Below are positions 19,166 to 29,367 of a DNA stretch of 64,000 nucleotides, in pieces (the first letter of the stretch is position 1; every line of letters starts with the position of its first letter). Source of the stretch: Calditrichaceae bacterium (GTDB lineage Bacteria; Calditrichota; Calditrichia; Calditrichales; JBFXGD01); assembly GCA_050173015.1 (NCBI GenBank), contig JBFXLE010000002.1:192001-256000 (forward strand), given 5' to 3'. Below the pieces are notes generated by a model that did no database searches, was not told the DNA's origin, and saw only the letters and a program-made list of their open reading frames with translations. A program made the position numbers and the translations under genes.

Positions 19166-20962
19166 ATGACCTATCAAAATCTAGCTGAAATGTTTTTCAG
19201 AAAACGCAAGGATCTTGGTTCAAAATCCGGCTACATGTACAAAAAAGACGGTAGTTGGATCTCAATTACCTGGAAAGACGCAGTTGACCGGGCAGAAAAT
19301 TTGTCCGCAGGGTTGGCTTCATTAGGAGTTAAAAAAGGAGATAGGGTCGCGATTATTTCCGGGAATAGGGTCGAATGGGCTCTAACTGATTATGCGACAT
19401 GTGCTCTTGGAGCTGTGTTAGTTCCTATTTATCCTTCCCTGTTAAAGGAACAGGTAAAATACATTCTAAACGACTCGGAATCTATGGTTGTTGTCGTGTC
19501 AGATGAAATCCAGATGGAAAAAGTTGATGGGATAAAAAAAGAACTAAAAACAACGAAACACTACTATGTTTTTGATTCAGTGTCAGAGAAGTTGGCCGAT
19601 CCTTGGTGTGTATTTGAAAGTCTTGCGGAAAAAGGAAAAGAATTTCTCAAGAAAAATAAAGATTATATAACAAATAGCATTTCTGAAGTGAAGCCCGAAG
19701 ACTGGTCCACGATAATTTACACATCAGGCACCACCGGGGAGCCGAAAGGCGCAATCCTTACGCATAAAAATTTTATATCCAATGTTGAGGATTCCACCAC
19801 TGTATTAAAAGTTTACCAGGATGATATACTTTTATCTTTTTTGCCACTAAGCCATGTATTAGAGAGAATGGCCGGGCATTATTTGTCCTGTTATTATGGC
19901 GCCACCGTCGCATATGCCGAAAGTATAGACACCGTTGCGGAAAATATGGGGGAAATAAAACCGACACTTATGGTGGCCGTGCCGAGATTATATGAGAAAA
20001 TGTACGGACGCGTCCTTGAAAATGTTGAAATGGGATCTCCGCTTAAGAGAAAAATATTCTATTGGGCATTAAAAGTTGGAAAAGAATACATCAATAAAAT
20101 AATGGATCATCAACCAATTCCTTCCGCATTGCAATTCAAAAGAAATCTCGCGTATAAACTAGTGTTTCATAAGCTGAGTGAACGGGTTGGAGGTAGATTG
20201 CGGTTCTTTATCAGCGGCGGCGCTCCGTTATCTGCCGATATTGCTGAGTTCTTCGGCGCGGCCGGAATATATGTTCTCGAAGGATATGGACTCACTGAAA
20301 CATCTCCTGTAATCTCCGTAAACACCCTCGAAAAATTCAGATTCGGCACCGTCGGTCCCGTGATACCGAATGTGGAAGTAAAAATCGCGGATGACGGAGA
20401 AATATTGACCCGCGGAAATCATGTGATGGTGGGTTATTACAAAAAAGAAGCCGACACTAAAGAAGTGATAGAACCGGATGGATGGTTCCATACAGGGGAT
20501 ATTGGGCTGATAACAGACGAAGGCATGCTGAAGATAACAGACCGGAAAAAGAATATAATTGTAACATCCGGAGGAAAAAATATCGCGCCTCAGATGATTG
20601 AAAACCTTCTTATCACCTCTAAATATATCGAGCAGTCAATGGTTGTTGGTGACAGGAGAAAATTCTGTACGGCTGTTATTGTTGCCGCGGAAGAACCGCT
20701 GGGCAAATGGGCAAAATCAAAAAATCTGACATATAACAGTTATGAAGAGTTAATTAATTTACCGGGTGTTCATGAATTGCTTCGGGAGGATATTGATAAG
20801 CTGACATCATCTTTGGCGAGTTATGAAACCATAAAGAAGTTCTTCTTGGCTCCCGCGCTGTTCTCAATTGATACCGGAGAGTTAACTCCGTCTCTAAAAG
20901 TAAAAAGAAAAGTTGTTGAAGAAAAATACCGCAAGGAAATTGACCAGATGTACGTGGTTTAA
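19166..20962 (+). CDS. long-chain fatty-acid--CoA ligase (AMP-dependent synthetase)
   Basis: YTSGTTGEPKG, EGYGLTETSP, GWFHTGDIG, ELTPSLKVKR motifs. Confidence 0.93.
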   Translation: MTYQNLAEMFFRKRKDLGSKSGYMYKKDGSWISITWKDAVDRAENLSAGLASLGVKKGDRVAIISGNRVEWALTDYATCALGAVLVPIYPSLLKEQVKYILNDSESMVVVVSDEIQMEKVDGIKKELKTTKHYYVFDSVSEKLADPWCVFESLAEKGKEFLKKNKDYITNSISEVKPEDWSTIIYTSGTTGEPKGAILTHKNFISNVEDSTTVLKVYQDDILLSFLPLSHVLERMAGHYLSCYYGATVAYAESIDTVAENMGEIKPTLMVAVPRLYEKMYGRVLENVEMGSPLKRKIFYWALKVGKEYINKIMDHQPIPSALQFKRNLAYKLVFHKLSERVGGRLRFFISGGAPLSADIAEFFGAAGIYVLEGYGLTETSPVISVNTLEKFRFGTVGPVIPNVEVKIADDGEILTRGNHVMVGYYKKEADTKEVIEPDGWFHTGDIGLITDEGMLKITDRKKNIIVTSGGKNIAPQMIENLLITSKYIEQSMVVGDRRKFCTAVIVAAEEPLGKWAKSKNLTYNSYEELINLPGVHELLREDIDKLTSSLASYETIKKFFLAPALFSIDTGELTPSLKVKRKVVEEKYRKEIDQMYVV

Positions 20963-20978
20963 TCGTTTTGGTTAAAAT

Positions 20979-21008
20979 AAAAGGGAGTCAGTCTGGCTCC
21001 CTTTTTTT
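20979..21008 (+). terminator. intrinsic terminator
   Basis: AAAAGGGAGTCA/TGGCTCCCTTTT stem with a T tail. Confidence 0.8.
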
Positions 21009-21092
21009 ATTGTAAAAAAACCTGATCTAATCATTAAAATTTCTTAACTTGCAATATATAAGTGATTTATACAGAAGAGTTCATTCATCCAA

Positions 21093-21644
21093 ATGGGCAA
21101 AATTAAAGAACAATTGCCGGTAAAGTTTTTTGCCGCCATTACCTGTCAGCATTCGGTCAATATACCGGAAGTTATTGAAAATATCGAAGTAAAATTTGGT
21201 AAAATCGATCGAAAGAGCCCGATTTTTAATTTTGATGATTTTACAAATTATTACAGTTCCGAGATGGGTACAGATCTAAAAAAGCTGTTTGTATCTTTTG
21301 AGTGTCTGGCGCTCCCGGAATTACTGATTGAGAGAAAAATTCAATCAAACAAGGTTGAATACGAAATATCCGATTCATCAATTCGAAAGGTAAATATCGA
21401 TCCCGGATATATCACGGAAGCAAAGATGATCCTGGCCACAACAAAGGATTACAGCCACCGGATCTATCTCGGAAAAGGCATTTTTGGGGATCTGCATCTG
21501 AAATTCGAAAAAAAATCATTTCAACCGCAATTATGGACCTACCCGGATTATCAGCAGGAATTGTCAATCAGATTTTTTGATGAAATGAGAAATATCTACA
21601 GACAACAATTAGCAGGAGTTCAGTTTGAAACAGATAACATATAA
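21093..21644 (+). CDS. DUF4416 family protein
   Basis: T.YY..EMG..L, RKVNIDPGY, LATTKDYSHRIYL, WTYPDY pattern. Confidence 0.8.
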   Translation: MGKIKEQLPVKFFAAITCQHSVNIPEVIENIEVKFGKIDRKSPIFNFDDFTNYYSSEMGTDLKKLFVSFECLALPELLIERKIQSNKVEYEISDSSIRKVNIDPGYITEAKMILATTKDYSHRIYLGKGIFGDLHLKFEKKSFQPQLWTYPDYQQELSIRFFDEMRNIYRQQLAGVQFETDNI

Positions 21645-22620
21645 AGACGCGGGTGTGGATATCACCAAAGGGGAAGAATCGATCTCCGGCTTGAAAGAAT
21701 CCATTCACTCTACATTTACGCCCAATGTACTGAGTAACGTGGGCGCCTTTGGCGGTTTATTTGAACTAAATACACAGGAGTATCAGAAGCCGGTTCTGGT
21801 GTCCAGTACCGATGGCGTTGGTACTAAATTAAAAATCGCGATTTTGGCAAACCGTCACTCGACAGTCGGCCAGGATCTGGTCAATCACTGTGTTAATGAT
21901 ATCGCGGTGATGGGCGCGAAGCCACTGTTTTTTCTCGATTATTTTGCCACGGCGGCGCTCGATTCTTCAGTCTTCACTCAGGTTATCAATGGTTTTACAA
22001 AAGCCTGCAGAGAAGCCAAAATAGCACTTATCGGTGGTGAAACAGCTGAAATGCCGGGATTTTATCAGGTTGGCGACTATGACATGAGCGGGACGATCGT
22101 CGGCATCGTTGAAAAAAGCCAAATTTTATCCGGCAGTGAAATTCGGAAAGGCGATATTCTGGTTGGTATCCAGTCTAACGGACTTCACACAAACGGTTAT
22201 TCATTGGCGCGGAAAATACTACTGGAACAATATTCGGTGGATCAATATATTGAAGCTCTTGGAAAATCCCTCGCGGATGAACTGCTGCGCGTGCATAAGA
22301 ATTATTTCAATGTGATCCAGGCTATTATCCCGTTCCATGCAAAGGGTTTTTCTCACATAACAGGCGGTGGAATAATAGGCAATACTAAACGACTTCTTAA
22401 AAATGGTCTTAATCTCAAGGTCAACTGGAATTCCTGGGATTCACAGCCCATATTTTCCTTGATTCAGAAACTGGGTAATGTTCCTGATGATGATATGCGT
22501 CGCACGTTTAATCTGGGTATCGGACTGGTTGCCGTACTTCCGTCTCCGGATGTCGACAATGTGCTGGGGCACCTCAAATCTGTCGGAGAAAAAGCCTGGG
22601 TTATTGGTGAAGTTGTGTGA
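21625..22620 (+). CDS. purM: phosphoribosylformylglycinamidine cyclo-ligase
   Basis: TYKDAGVDI, TDGVGTK, GGETAEMPG, SNGLHTNGYSL, HITGGG, TFNLGIG motifs. Confidence 0.97.
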   Translation: MKQITYKDAGVDITKGEESISGLKESIHSTFTPNVLSNVGAFGGLFELNTQEYQKPVLVSSTDGVGTKLKIAILANRHSTVGQDLVNHCVNDIAVMGAKPLFFLDYFATAALDSSVFTQVINGFTKACREAKIALIGGETAEMPGFYQVGDYDMSGTIVGIVEKSQILSGSEIRKGDILVGIQSNGLHTNGYSLARKILLEQYSVDQYIEALGKSLADELLRVHKNYFNVIQAIIPFHAKGFSHITGGGIIGNTKRLLKNGLNLKVNWNSWDSQPIFSLIQKLGNVPDDDMRRTFNLGIGLVAVLPSPDVDNVLGHLKSVGEKAWVIGEVV

Positions 22621-22857
22621 TAATCTGGGTATATCTTAAACTTCGTTTTCAGTTTAAAAAACTAATATTTTATGTTTATGAATATAGTTGAGTAGCGCTC
22701 ATTATATTCTGGTCAAATGTTTTTTTCTGGTCTGATGCCCGACAGAAATATGTTGGTAATTTACTTGATTGTTTTAATAACATTTGTTTAATTAGTAATG
22801 ATCTCAGAATCTGTCAAATTTTCAGTTCTTAATTTGCAATGATCCTATGGAGAATTT

Positions 22858-23496
22858 ATGTTAGATGCCTTTCTTATTCTGGTTTTGAGTTATTTAATAG
22901 GTTCCTTTCCGACCGCGGTTATAGCTGGTAAGCTATTAAAAAATATTGACATACGTGATCATGGAAGCGGCAATGCCGGTGCCACCAATGTGTTTCGGAT
23001 TCTTGGCTGGAAAGCCGGTACAACCGTTCTCCTAATAGATATGTTCAAAGGATTTGCACCGGTATTCTGGATTGCGGGATTGATTCATAATAATCCTGAA
23101 ACCCTAATTTATTTTCAGATACTTGCTGCATTTGCAGCGATTGCGGGACATATCTGGACGGTGTTTGCCGGATTCAAAGGAGGAAAAGGAGTCGGGACAT
23201 CCGCAGGAGTCTTTTTAGGGCTCGCTCCGATTCCATTGTTAATCGCGTTGATTTCCTTTGTTGCGATCGTCTGGATAAGCCGTTATGTCTCATTGGGATC
23301 GATTCTGGCGGCTCTGATATTTGTCGTCGCTGTCTTTGTGCAAAAATATGTTCTTTTGAAGAATGTTCCTGATGTATTGATGTATTTGAGTATTATTGTC
23401 GCGGCGCTAATTTGGGTATCTCATCGTTCAAACATTAAACGACTTATTGCGGGTAGTGAGAACAAGCTTAGCTTCGGCGGTTCCGGGAGCGCCTGA
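22858..23496 (+). CDS. plsY: glycerol-3-phosphate acyltransferase PlsY
   Basis: GSGNAGATNVFR, FKGGKGV, HRSNIKRL motifs. Confidence 0.96.
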   Translation: MLDAFLILVLSYLIGSFPTAVIAGKLLKNIDIRDHGSGNAGATNVFRILGWKAGTTVLLIDMFKGFAPVFWIAGLIHNNPETLIYFQILAAFAAIAGHIWTVFAGFKGGKGVGTSAGVFLGLAPIPLLIALISFVAIVWISRYVSLGSILAALIFVVAVFVQKYVLLKNVPDVLMYLSIIVAALIWVSHRSNIKRLIAGSENKLSFGGSGSA

Positions 23497-23573
23497 CAGA
23501 CGATCTGATTTTAGAGGTTAATAAATAGCCGTATCTGGTGTTGAGAATAAAGATGAAAGCAGGAGAAAGCTGT

Positions 23574-24578
23574 ATGAAAATTGCTGTAATCGGCGCAGGT
23601 AGCTGGGGTACGACACTGGCACTGGTCTTGCATAGTAATCAGCACGAAGTGCGTTGCTGGACGAAGGAAGAAAAAACGATAGATGAAGTTAAAAATAATC
23701 GGGAGAATACGACTTATCTTCCGGGGATCCCTATTCCGGAATCCATCGCTTTTACAATGGATATGGAAAAAGCCGTCCATGATGTTGATATGGTTGTGAA
23801 TGCCGTCCCATCCCAGGTAACCAGATTGGTAGTGCCGGAGGTTGTAAAGGTAATGAACAAAAAAGACCCCATTTGGGTTTCCGTATCCAAGGGTATTGAA
23901 AATAAAACCTATCTGAGAATATCGGAAGTGATTCATGAGGCGGGGAATGTTCCCACTGACAAGATTGTCATTCTTTCCGGACCAAGTCATGCCGAGGAGG
24001 TGAGCAGGCAAACTCCCACCGCTATTGTCTCCGCATCGTCAAGCATCAAATCCGCAAAAATTGTTCAGGATGCATTTATGACTCCATATTTTAGAATATA
24101 TGCGAATCCTGACGTGATCGGGGTCGAGTTGGGAGGCGCCTTAAAAAATATAATCGCCCTGGCTTCAGGTATTTGTGATGGCGCGGGATTTGGAGATAAT
24201 ACAAAAGCCGCCCTGATGACAAGGGGGCTTGTTGAAATCAACAGACTTGGATTAGAACTCGGCGCCAGCAGTGATACCTTTGCCGGTTTAAGCGGGATGG
24301 GAGATCTGATCGTAACCTGCATGAGCCGCCATTCAAGGAATCGGTTTGTGGGCGAACAACTTGGAAAGGGACGCAAGCTTGAAGATATTTTGAATGGCAT
24401 GGTCATGGTTGCAGAAGGCGTAAAGACAGCTATATCCGCATACGAAATCGCCAGGCAAAGAGGGGTCGAAATGCCAATCACTGAACAGGTATATTTGACG
24501 CTATTTGAAAATAAATCTGCTCATGAGGCAATGTATGATTTAATGACAAGGGCGTCAAAGATTGAAGATTGGGGATAA
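23574..24578 (+). CDS. gpsA: NAD(P)H-dependent glycerol-3-phosphate dehydrogenase
   Basis: GAGSWG, SKGIE, SGPSHA, GALKN, GDLIVTC.S..SRN motifs. ATG 23574 follows an AGGAG SD. Confidence 0.96.
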   Translation: MKIAVIGAGSWGTTLALVLHSNQHEVRCWTKEEKTIDEVKNNRENTTYLPGIPIPESIAFTMDMEKAVHDVDMVVNAVPSQVTRLVVPEVVKVMNKKDPIWVSVSKGIENKTYLRISEVIHEAGNVPTDKIVILSGPSHAEEVSRQTPTAIVSASSSIKSAKIVQDAFMTPYFRIYANPDVIGVELGGALKNIIALASGICDGAGFGDNTKAALMTRGLVEINRLGLELGASSDTFAGLSGMGDLIVTCMSRHSRNRFVGEQLGKGRKLEDILNGMVMVAEGVKTAISAYEIARQRGVEMPITEQVYLTLFENKSAHEAMYDLMTRASKIEDWG

Positions 24579-24597
24579 AAAATGGTAGGAGTATCAT

Positions 24598-25437
24598 ATG
24601 ATCAAATCAATTTTATTGCCAATTGACGGCTCCTCTTATTCTGAAGCCGTCATAAGTTACGGAAAGTTCTTTGCCGAAAAATTTAATGCGATCATCCGTG
24701 TATTGAGTATAGTGGATATACGATTATTTGATTGGAGTGTGGCTACCAACGCGGATAACTTCGTCCCCGTAATGCCGCCGGCGGGTTTTCAGGCTGAAAC
24801 TCAAAAAATGCATGACGAAAAAGCGCAACAGATACTCGATAAAGCGGCAAATCTCCTTAAATCAACAGGGATTCCGTTCGAACTGACAAAAGTCACGGGT
24901 ATTCCGGTGGAAGAAATATGTAATCAGGCTAAGCAAAATGATCTGGTTGTGATGGGAATTCGAGGTGAATATGAACGCTGGAGCGATAAATTGCTCGGGG
25001 CGACCATAGAATCGGTTTCGCGGCAGATAAGCAAGCCGATAATTCTGGTGGAAAAATCATTTTTTCCTTTTGAAAAGATACTTTGCGGCTATGACGGCAG
25101 TATTTATGCAAATAAAGGTCTGCAATACGCTGCGTTTATGGCGCAAATCCTTTCAATTCCCATTCAGGTTATTGCCGTTTTCTCATCAGATGAGGAGCGG
25201 AAAGCAGTACTTGCGGAAGCGGAACAATATTTAACGCCATATAAAATTGATTTTCAGCTCAGGCATGAAACAGGAGATGCTTCGGAAATACTGGTTAATG
25301 CCACAAAAACTACCCCAAATCCGGCTTTGTTGATCATCGGAAGTTACGGACATTCACGATTGAGAGAGGCAGTGCTCGGCAGCACCACCGTGCAGGTGAT
25401 GCGCGCTGCTGATAAACCGATAATGTTGGCTAAATAA
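24598..25437 (+). CDS. universal stress protein (tandem USP domains)
   Basis: ILLPIDGS, DLVVMG, GYDGS, GSYGHSRLREAVLGSTT motifs. Confidence 0.9.
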   Translation: MIKSILLPIDGSSYSEAVISYGKFFAEKFNAIIRVLSIVDIRLFDWSVATNADNFVPVMPPAGFQAETQKMHDEKAQQILDKAANLLKSTGIPFELTKVTGIPVEEICNQAKQNDLVVMGIRGEYERWSDKLLGATIESVSRQISKPIILVEKSFFPFEKILCGYDGSIYANKGLQYAAFMAQILSIPIQVIAVFSSDEERKAVLAEAEQYLTPYKIDFQLRHETGDASEILVNATKTTPNPALLIIGSYGHSRLREAVLGSTTVQVMRAADKPIMLAK

Positions 25438-25457
25438 GTTCAAAATGCTACGGAGGA

Positions 25458-26465
25458 ATGATGAGTGGTAAAATTATGACGTTAAGCCGTCATATTATTG
25501 AAGAAGAAAGAAGATATCCCGAAGCAACAGGTGAGTTTACCGATCTGATGAATGATATCGCGTTTGCCGCCAAATTAATTTCTTACCACACAAACAAAGC
25601 AGGATTGCTGAATATACTGGGGGAAACCGGTGAAATAAATGTACAGGGAGAGAAGGTCAAAAAATTAGATATCTTCGCGCATGAGACCATGGTAAAAGCG
25701 TTGGATCACGGCGGAAATCTATGTGTAATGGCCTCTGAGGAAGTTGAAGAGATCATTTCAATTCCCAAAGAATATCCACTTGGAAAGTATGTTTGTTTGT
25801 TTGACCCGCTGGACGGATCATCAAATATTGACGCAAATGTCAGTGTAGGTACAATTTTCTCAATTTACAGACGTGTAACTCCCGATGGTAAGCCAGGGAC
25901 TTTGGATGATTGTCTTCAGGTTGGAAGGAAACAGGTTTGCGCGGGCTATGTGGTATACGGTTCAAGTACGATGCTCGTTTATACAACCGGTTTCGGAGTT
26001 CATGGCTTTACACTGGATCCAAGTTATGGTGAATTTGTCCTGTCCCATCCAAATTTGAAAATTCCGGAAAAAGCAAAAATATATTCGGTTAATGAAAGCA
26101 ATTTTGATTATTGGGACCAGAAGATAAAGAATTATGTCCACTATGTTAAACAGATAGACAAGTCAACAGGCCGGCCTTTAAATTCAAGGTATATTGGTTC
26201 GCTGGTGAGCGACTTCCACAGAAATCTTCTTTATGGCGGGGTTTATTTGTATCCTCCAAGCAGTCTCGCGAAAAATGGTAAACTACGTCTCATTTATGAA
26301 GCAAATCCCATGGCTTTTATCGTTGAGCAGGCCGGAGGACGCGCGAGCAATGGTGTAAATGATATTTTAGATATGAAACCGCGGGAGCTTCATCAGCGGG
26401 TACCATTATATATCGGTACAAAATTTGATGTGGATATGATCGAAGAATTCATAAAAAAACACTGA
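25458..26465 (+). CDS. fbp: class 1 fructose-1,6-bisphosphatase
   Basis: FDPLDGSSNID, RYIGSLVSDFHR, GKLRLIYEANP motifs. Confidence 0.97.
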   Translation: MMSGKIMTLSRHIIEEERRYPEATGEFTDLMNDIAFAAKLISYHTNKAGLLNILGETGEINVQGEKVKKLDIFAHETMVKALDHGGNLCVMASEEVEEIISIPKEYPLGKYVCLFDPLDGSSNIDANVSVGTIFSIYRRVTPDGKPGTLDDCLQVGRKQVCAGYVVYGSSTMLVYTTGFGVHGFTLDPSYGEFVLSHPNLKIPEKAKIYSVNESNFDYWDQKIKNYVHYVKQIDKSTGRPLNSRYIGSLVSDFHRNLLYGGVYLYPPSSLAKNGKLRLIYEANPMAFIVEQAGGRASNGVNDILDMKPRELHQRVPLYIGTKFDVDMIEEFIKKH

Positions 26466-26502
26466 GATCAATACGTTCACAAACATAAATTTAATTTATA
26501 AT

Positions 26503-26537
26503 ACCCTTTCATCGAGTTGAAAGGGTTTACTTTATTT
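26503..26537 (+). terminator. intrinsic terminator after fbp
   Basis: ACCCTTTCA/TGAAAGGGT stem with a T-rich tail. Confidence 0.6.
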
Positions 26538-26581
26538 CTCGGTAAATAGTGACAAGGCTCAATGGCCAACCGGTAAATTTC

Positions 26582-26610
26582 TTGATAAGTTTATAGCGGT
26601 TGGTTATATT
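26582..26610 (+). promoter_or_regulatory. sigma70-type promoter of asnS (TTGATA-N17-TATATT)
   Basis: -35 at 26582-26587 and -10 at 26605-26610. Confidence 0.5.
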
Positions 26611-26657
26611 TGACTTTATATATAAAACCAGGGACTATGAATCAGGGATTTGATTTT

Positions 26658-27953
26658 ATGACACGAACGATAACAATTGCTGAAGTGGCAAAATTTGAAG
26701 GTGAAATTGTAACGATTAAAGGATGGATATACAACAAGCGATCCAGCGGAAAATTACGGTTCCTGCTTGTGCGTGACGGCAGTGAAACGATTCAATGTGT
26801 TGTTTTCAAAGGGGACGTTAATGAAGAAACCTTCAGTCTAACCGACGCTTTAACTCAGGAAAGCTCCGTTGAAATTACGGGAAAAGTAGCTGTTGACAAA
26901 CGCTCGCCTTTGGGATTTGAAATCCAGGTTAATGATTTGAAAATAGTTAATATCGCACAGGAATATCCTATTACAAAAAAAGAACACGGCGTTGATTTTT
27001 TAATGGATCACCGGCATCTTTGGCTCCGTTCAACACGTCAGCACGCGATTTTAAGAATCCGCCATGAAATTATACGAGCGGCGCGCGAGTTTTTTGACAA
27101 CCGGGGATTTATACTGGTGGATTCGCCAATTTTTACACCGAATGCCGCGGAGGGCACAACAACACTGTTCGCCACAGAATATTTTGGTGAAAAAGCGTAT
27201 CTGACTCAGAGCGGGCAGTTGTATGGCGAAGCAGCCGCGATGGCAATGGGGAAAATATATTGTTTTGGTCCCACTTTCAGAGCGGAAAAATCCAAAACCA
27301 GACGGCATCTGACCGAATTTTGGATGATCGAGCCGGAAGTGGCCTTTTTTGATCTCTATGATGATATGCAGCTTGCCGAAGAATTTGTCAGTCACCTTGT
27401 GAAGAGTGTTCTTAAAAACAGACAAAAAGAATTAGCCGCCATTGAACGCGATGTTACAAAACTTGAAAAAATTGAAGCGCCGTTCCCAAAAATTCATTAT
27501 AATGAGGCCGTTGAGATCCTCAGAAAAAATAGTATAGATTTTAAAAACGGTGATGATTTTGGAGCAAACGATGAAACGGTCATATCAGGCCAGTTTGATA
27601 AGCCGGTCATAGTTCATCACTATCCGGCAGCCGTTAAGGCTTTTTATATGAAGCGTGACCCGGAGCATCCGGACGAAGCCATGGCAATGGATATGCTTGC
27701 GCCTGAGGGATACGGTGAAATTATAGGCGGTTCTCAGCGTGAGGATGATTACGAAGTACTATTGAATCGTATCAAAGAACACAATCTCCCTGTTGAAGCC
27801 TTTAACTGGTATCTGGATTTAAGAAAATACGGTTCCGTTCCTCACGCGGGATTTGGTCTGGGAATAGAAAGAACCGTTTCTTGGATCTGCGGATTAAATC
27901 ATGTCAGGGAGACAATACCATTTCCAAGACTGATGCAGAGAATTTACCCTTAA
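26658..27953 (+). CDS. asnS: asparagine--tRNA ligase
   Basis: OB-fold N-terminus; [49 protein letters not shown] motifs. Start at ATG 26658 (or 26637) rather than TTG 26610. Confidence 0.95.
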   Translation: MTRTITIAEVAKFEGEIVTIKGWIYNKRSSGKLRFLLVRDGSETIQCVVFKGDVNEETFSLTDALTQESSVEITGKVAVDKRSPLGFEIQVNDLKIVNIAQEYPITKKEHGVDFLMDHRHLWLRSTRQHAILRIRHEIIRAAREFFDNRGFILVDSPIFTPNAAEGTTTLFATEYFGEKAYLTQSGQLYGEAAAMAMGKIYCFGPTFRAEKSKTRRHLTEFWMIEPEVAFFDLYDDMQLAEEFVSHLVKSVLKNRQKELAAIERDVTKLEKIEAPFPKIHYNEAVEILRKNSIDFKNGDDFGANDETVISGQFDKPVIVHHYPAAVKAFYMKRDPEHPDEAMAMDMLAPEGYGEIIGGSQREDDYEVLLNRIKEHNLPVEAFNWYLDLRKYGSVPHAGFGLGIERTVSWICGLNHVRETIPFPRLMQRIYP

Positions 27954-27959
27954 ATATAC

Positions 27960-28412
27960 ATGAAATCACTAATTGCTGTTATTGGCGCCGGTCAGTGTAA
28001 TGATCAAATTTACAAGATGGCGTATGATGTTGGCCGGCATATAGCGAGTAATAAGTTTGGCCTGATTTGTGGCGGATTGGGTGGTGTGATGGAGGCTGCT
28101 TCAAAAGGATGCAGGGAAGCAGGAGGCCTCACCGTGGGTATTATACCTCAGGAAGAATGCGCGGCTGCAAATCCATTTATTGATATTGTCATTCCGACAG
28201 GAATGGGCATTATGAGAAATCTACTTATAATCAGGGCGGCCTCGGGAATTGTTGCCCTGGAAGGCAAATACGGCACATTATCAGAGATTGCCTATGCTCT
28301 GCAGTTGAATAAACCGGTTATCGGGATTGATACATGGGAGGTATCGGAGACGATCCTTAAAGCAAAATCAGCAGTGGAAGCCGTGAATACACTTATCAGG
28401 ATTATCGGGTAA
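27960..28412 (+). CDS. LOG/lysine-decarboxylase-like Rossmann protein (TIGR00725-type)
   Basis: CGGLGGVMEA, RN..IIR, GKYGTLSEI motifs. Confidence 0.85.
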   Translation: MKSLIAVIGAGQCNDQIYKMAYDVGRHIASNKFGLICGGLGGVMEAASKGCREAGGLTVGIIPQEECAAANPFIDIVIPTGMGIMRNLLIIRAASGIVALEGKYGTLSEIAYALQLNKPVIGIDTWEVSETILKAKSAVEAVNTLIRIIG

Positions 28413-28687
28413 TGAAGATAGCCATGCGTGCATTTGTGAAAGGGCGTGTTCAGGGTATCGGGTACAGATGGTTCGCAAGAGAGCAGGCGGATGAGCTGAA
28501 TCTGACCGGATATGTCAGAAATTTGCCAAATGGAGAAGTTGAAGTTTTTGTAGAAGGTGATCAGGCAAAAATTATCGATTATCTCGGCAAACTCCGTAAA
28601 GGCCCGCCGATGGCAACGGTCACAGAGCTCGAAATAAATCAATATCCTTATGAAAATAGATTTAAAAAATTTAAAGTAGAACTTTAA
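28412..28687 (+). CDS. acyP: acylphosphatase
   Basis: GRVQGIGYR, GYVRNLPNGEVE, GPP motifs. Confidence 0.93.
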   Translation: MKIAMRAFVKGRVQGIGYRWFAREQADELNLTGYVRNLPNGEVEVFVEGDQAKIIDYLGKLRKGPPMATVTELEINQYPYENRFKKFKVEL

Positions 28688-28700
28688 AAAGGAATATTCT

Positions 28701-29225
28701 GTGGATCGATTAGAGCAGTTGAAATCAGCGATACGAGATGTGCCTGATTTCCCCAAAAAAGGAATTCTCTTCAAAGATATTACGCCTGTGTTAAATGATT
28801 CGAATTTGTTTTCGGATTCCATTTCACTTTTGCGGGAATCTGTCACACATCAATCCATTGATAAAATTGCAGCCATTGAATCACGAGGATTCATTTTTGG
28901 TTCGGTTCTGGCCTCAAAACTTGGCGTGGGATTTGTTCCAATTAGAAAACCCGGGAAATTGCCATACAAAATTTACAGGGAAGAATATCAGCTCGAGTAT
29001 GGTGTCGATGCTCTTGAGATCCATCAGGATGCTGTCAAAGCAAATGAACGCGTGCTACTGATTGATGATCTTCTGGCTACCGGCGGCACAGCTCTTGCGG
29101 CGGCAAAATTGATAGAGAAGTGTGGCGGTACAGTTTCAGAAATACTGTTTTTAATCGAGTTAAATTTTCTAAACGGAAGGCAACGAATCAGTAATTACCC
29201 GGTTTCATCTTTAATTATTTATTAG
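28701..29225 (+). CDS. apt: adenine phosphoribosyltransferase
   Basis: PDFPKKGILFKDIT, ESRGF, RKPGKLP, LEYG, DDLLATGGT motifs. Confidence 0.97.
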   Translation: MDRLEQLKSAIRDVPDFPKKGILFKDITPVLNDSNLFSDSISLLRESVTHQSIDKIAAIESRGFIFGSVLASKLGVGFVPIRKPGKLPYKIYREEYQLEYGVDALEIHQDAVKANERVLLIDDLLATGGTALAAAKLIEKCGGTVSEILFLIELNFLNGRQRISNYPVSSLIIY

Positions 29226-29367
29226 AATTATTACCATTTGTGATATAGATTATTTACAAAGTATAAATTTTTTCCGAGTATAAGTTTAAAATTGTGAAAT
29301 ATAATACATATTCAGTTAAATATCCGGAGATTGTTTTTAGAAAATATATATCATCAAAGGAGTCCCA

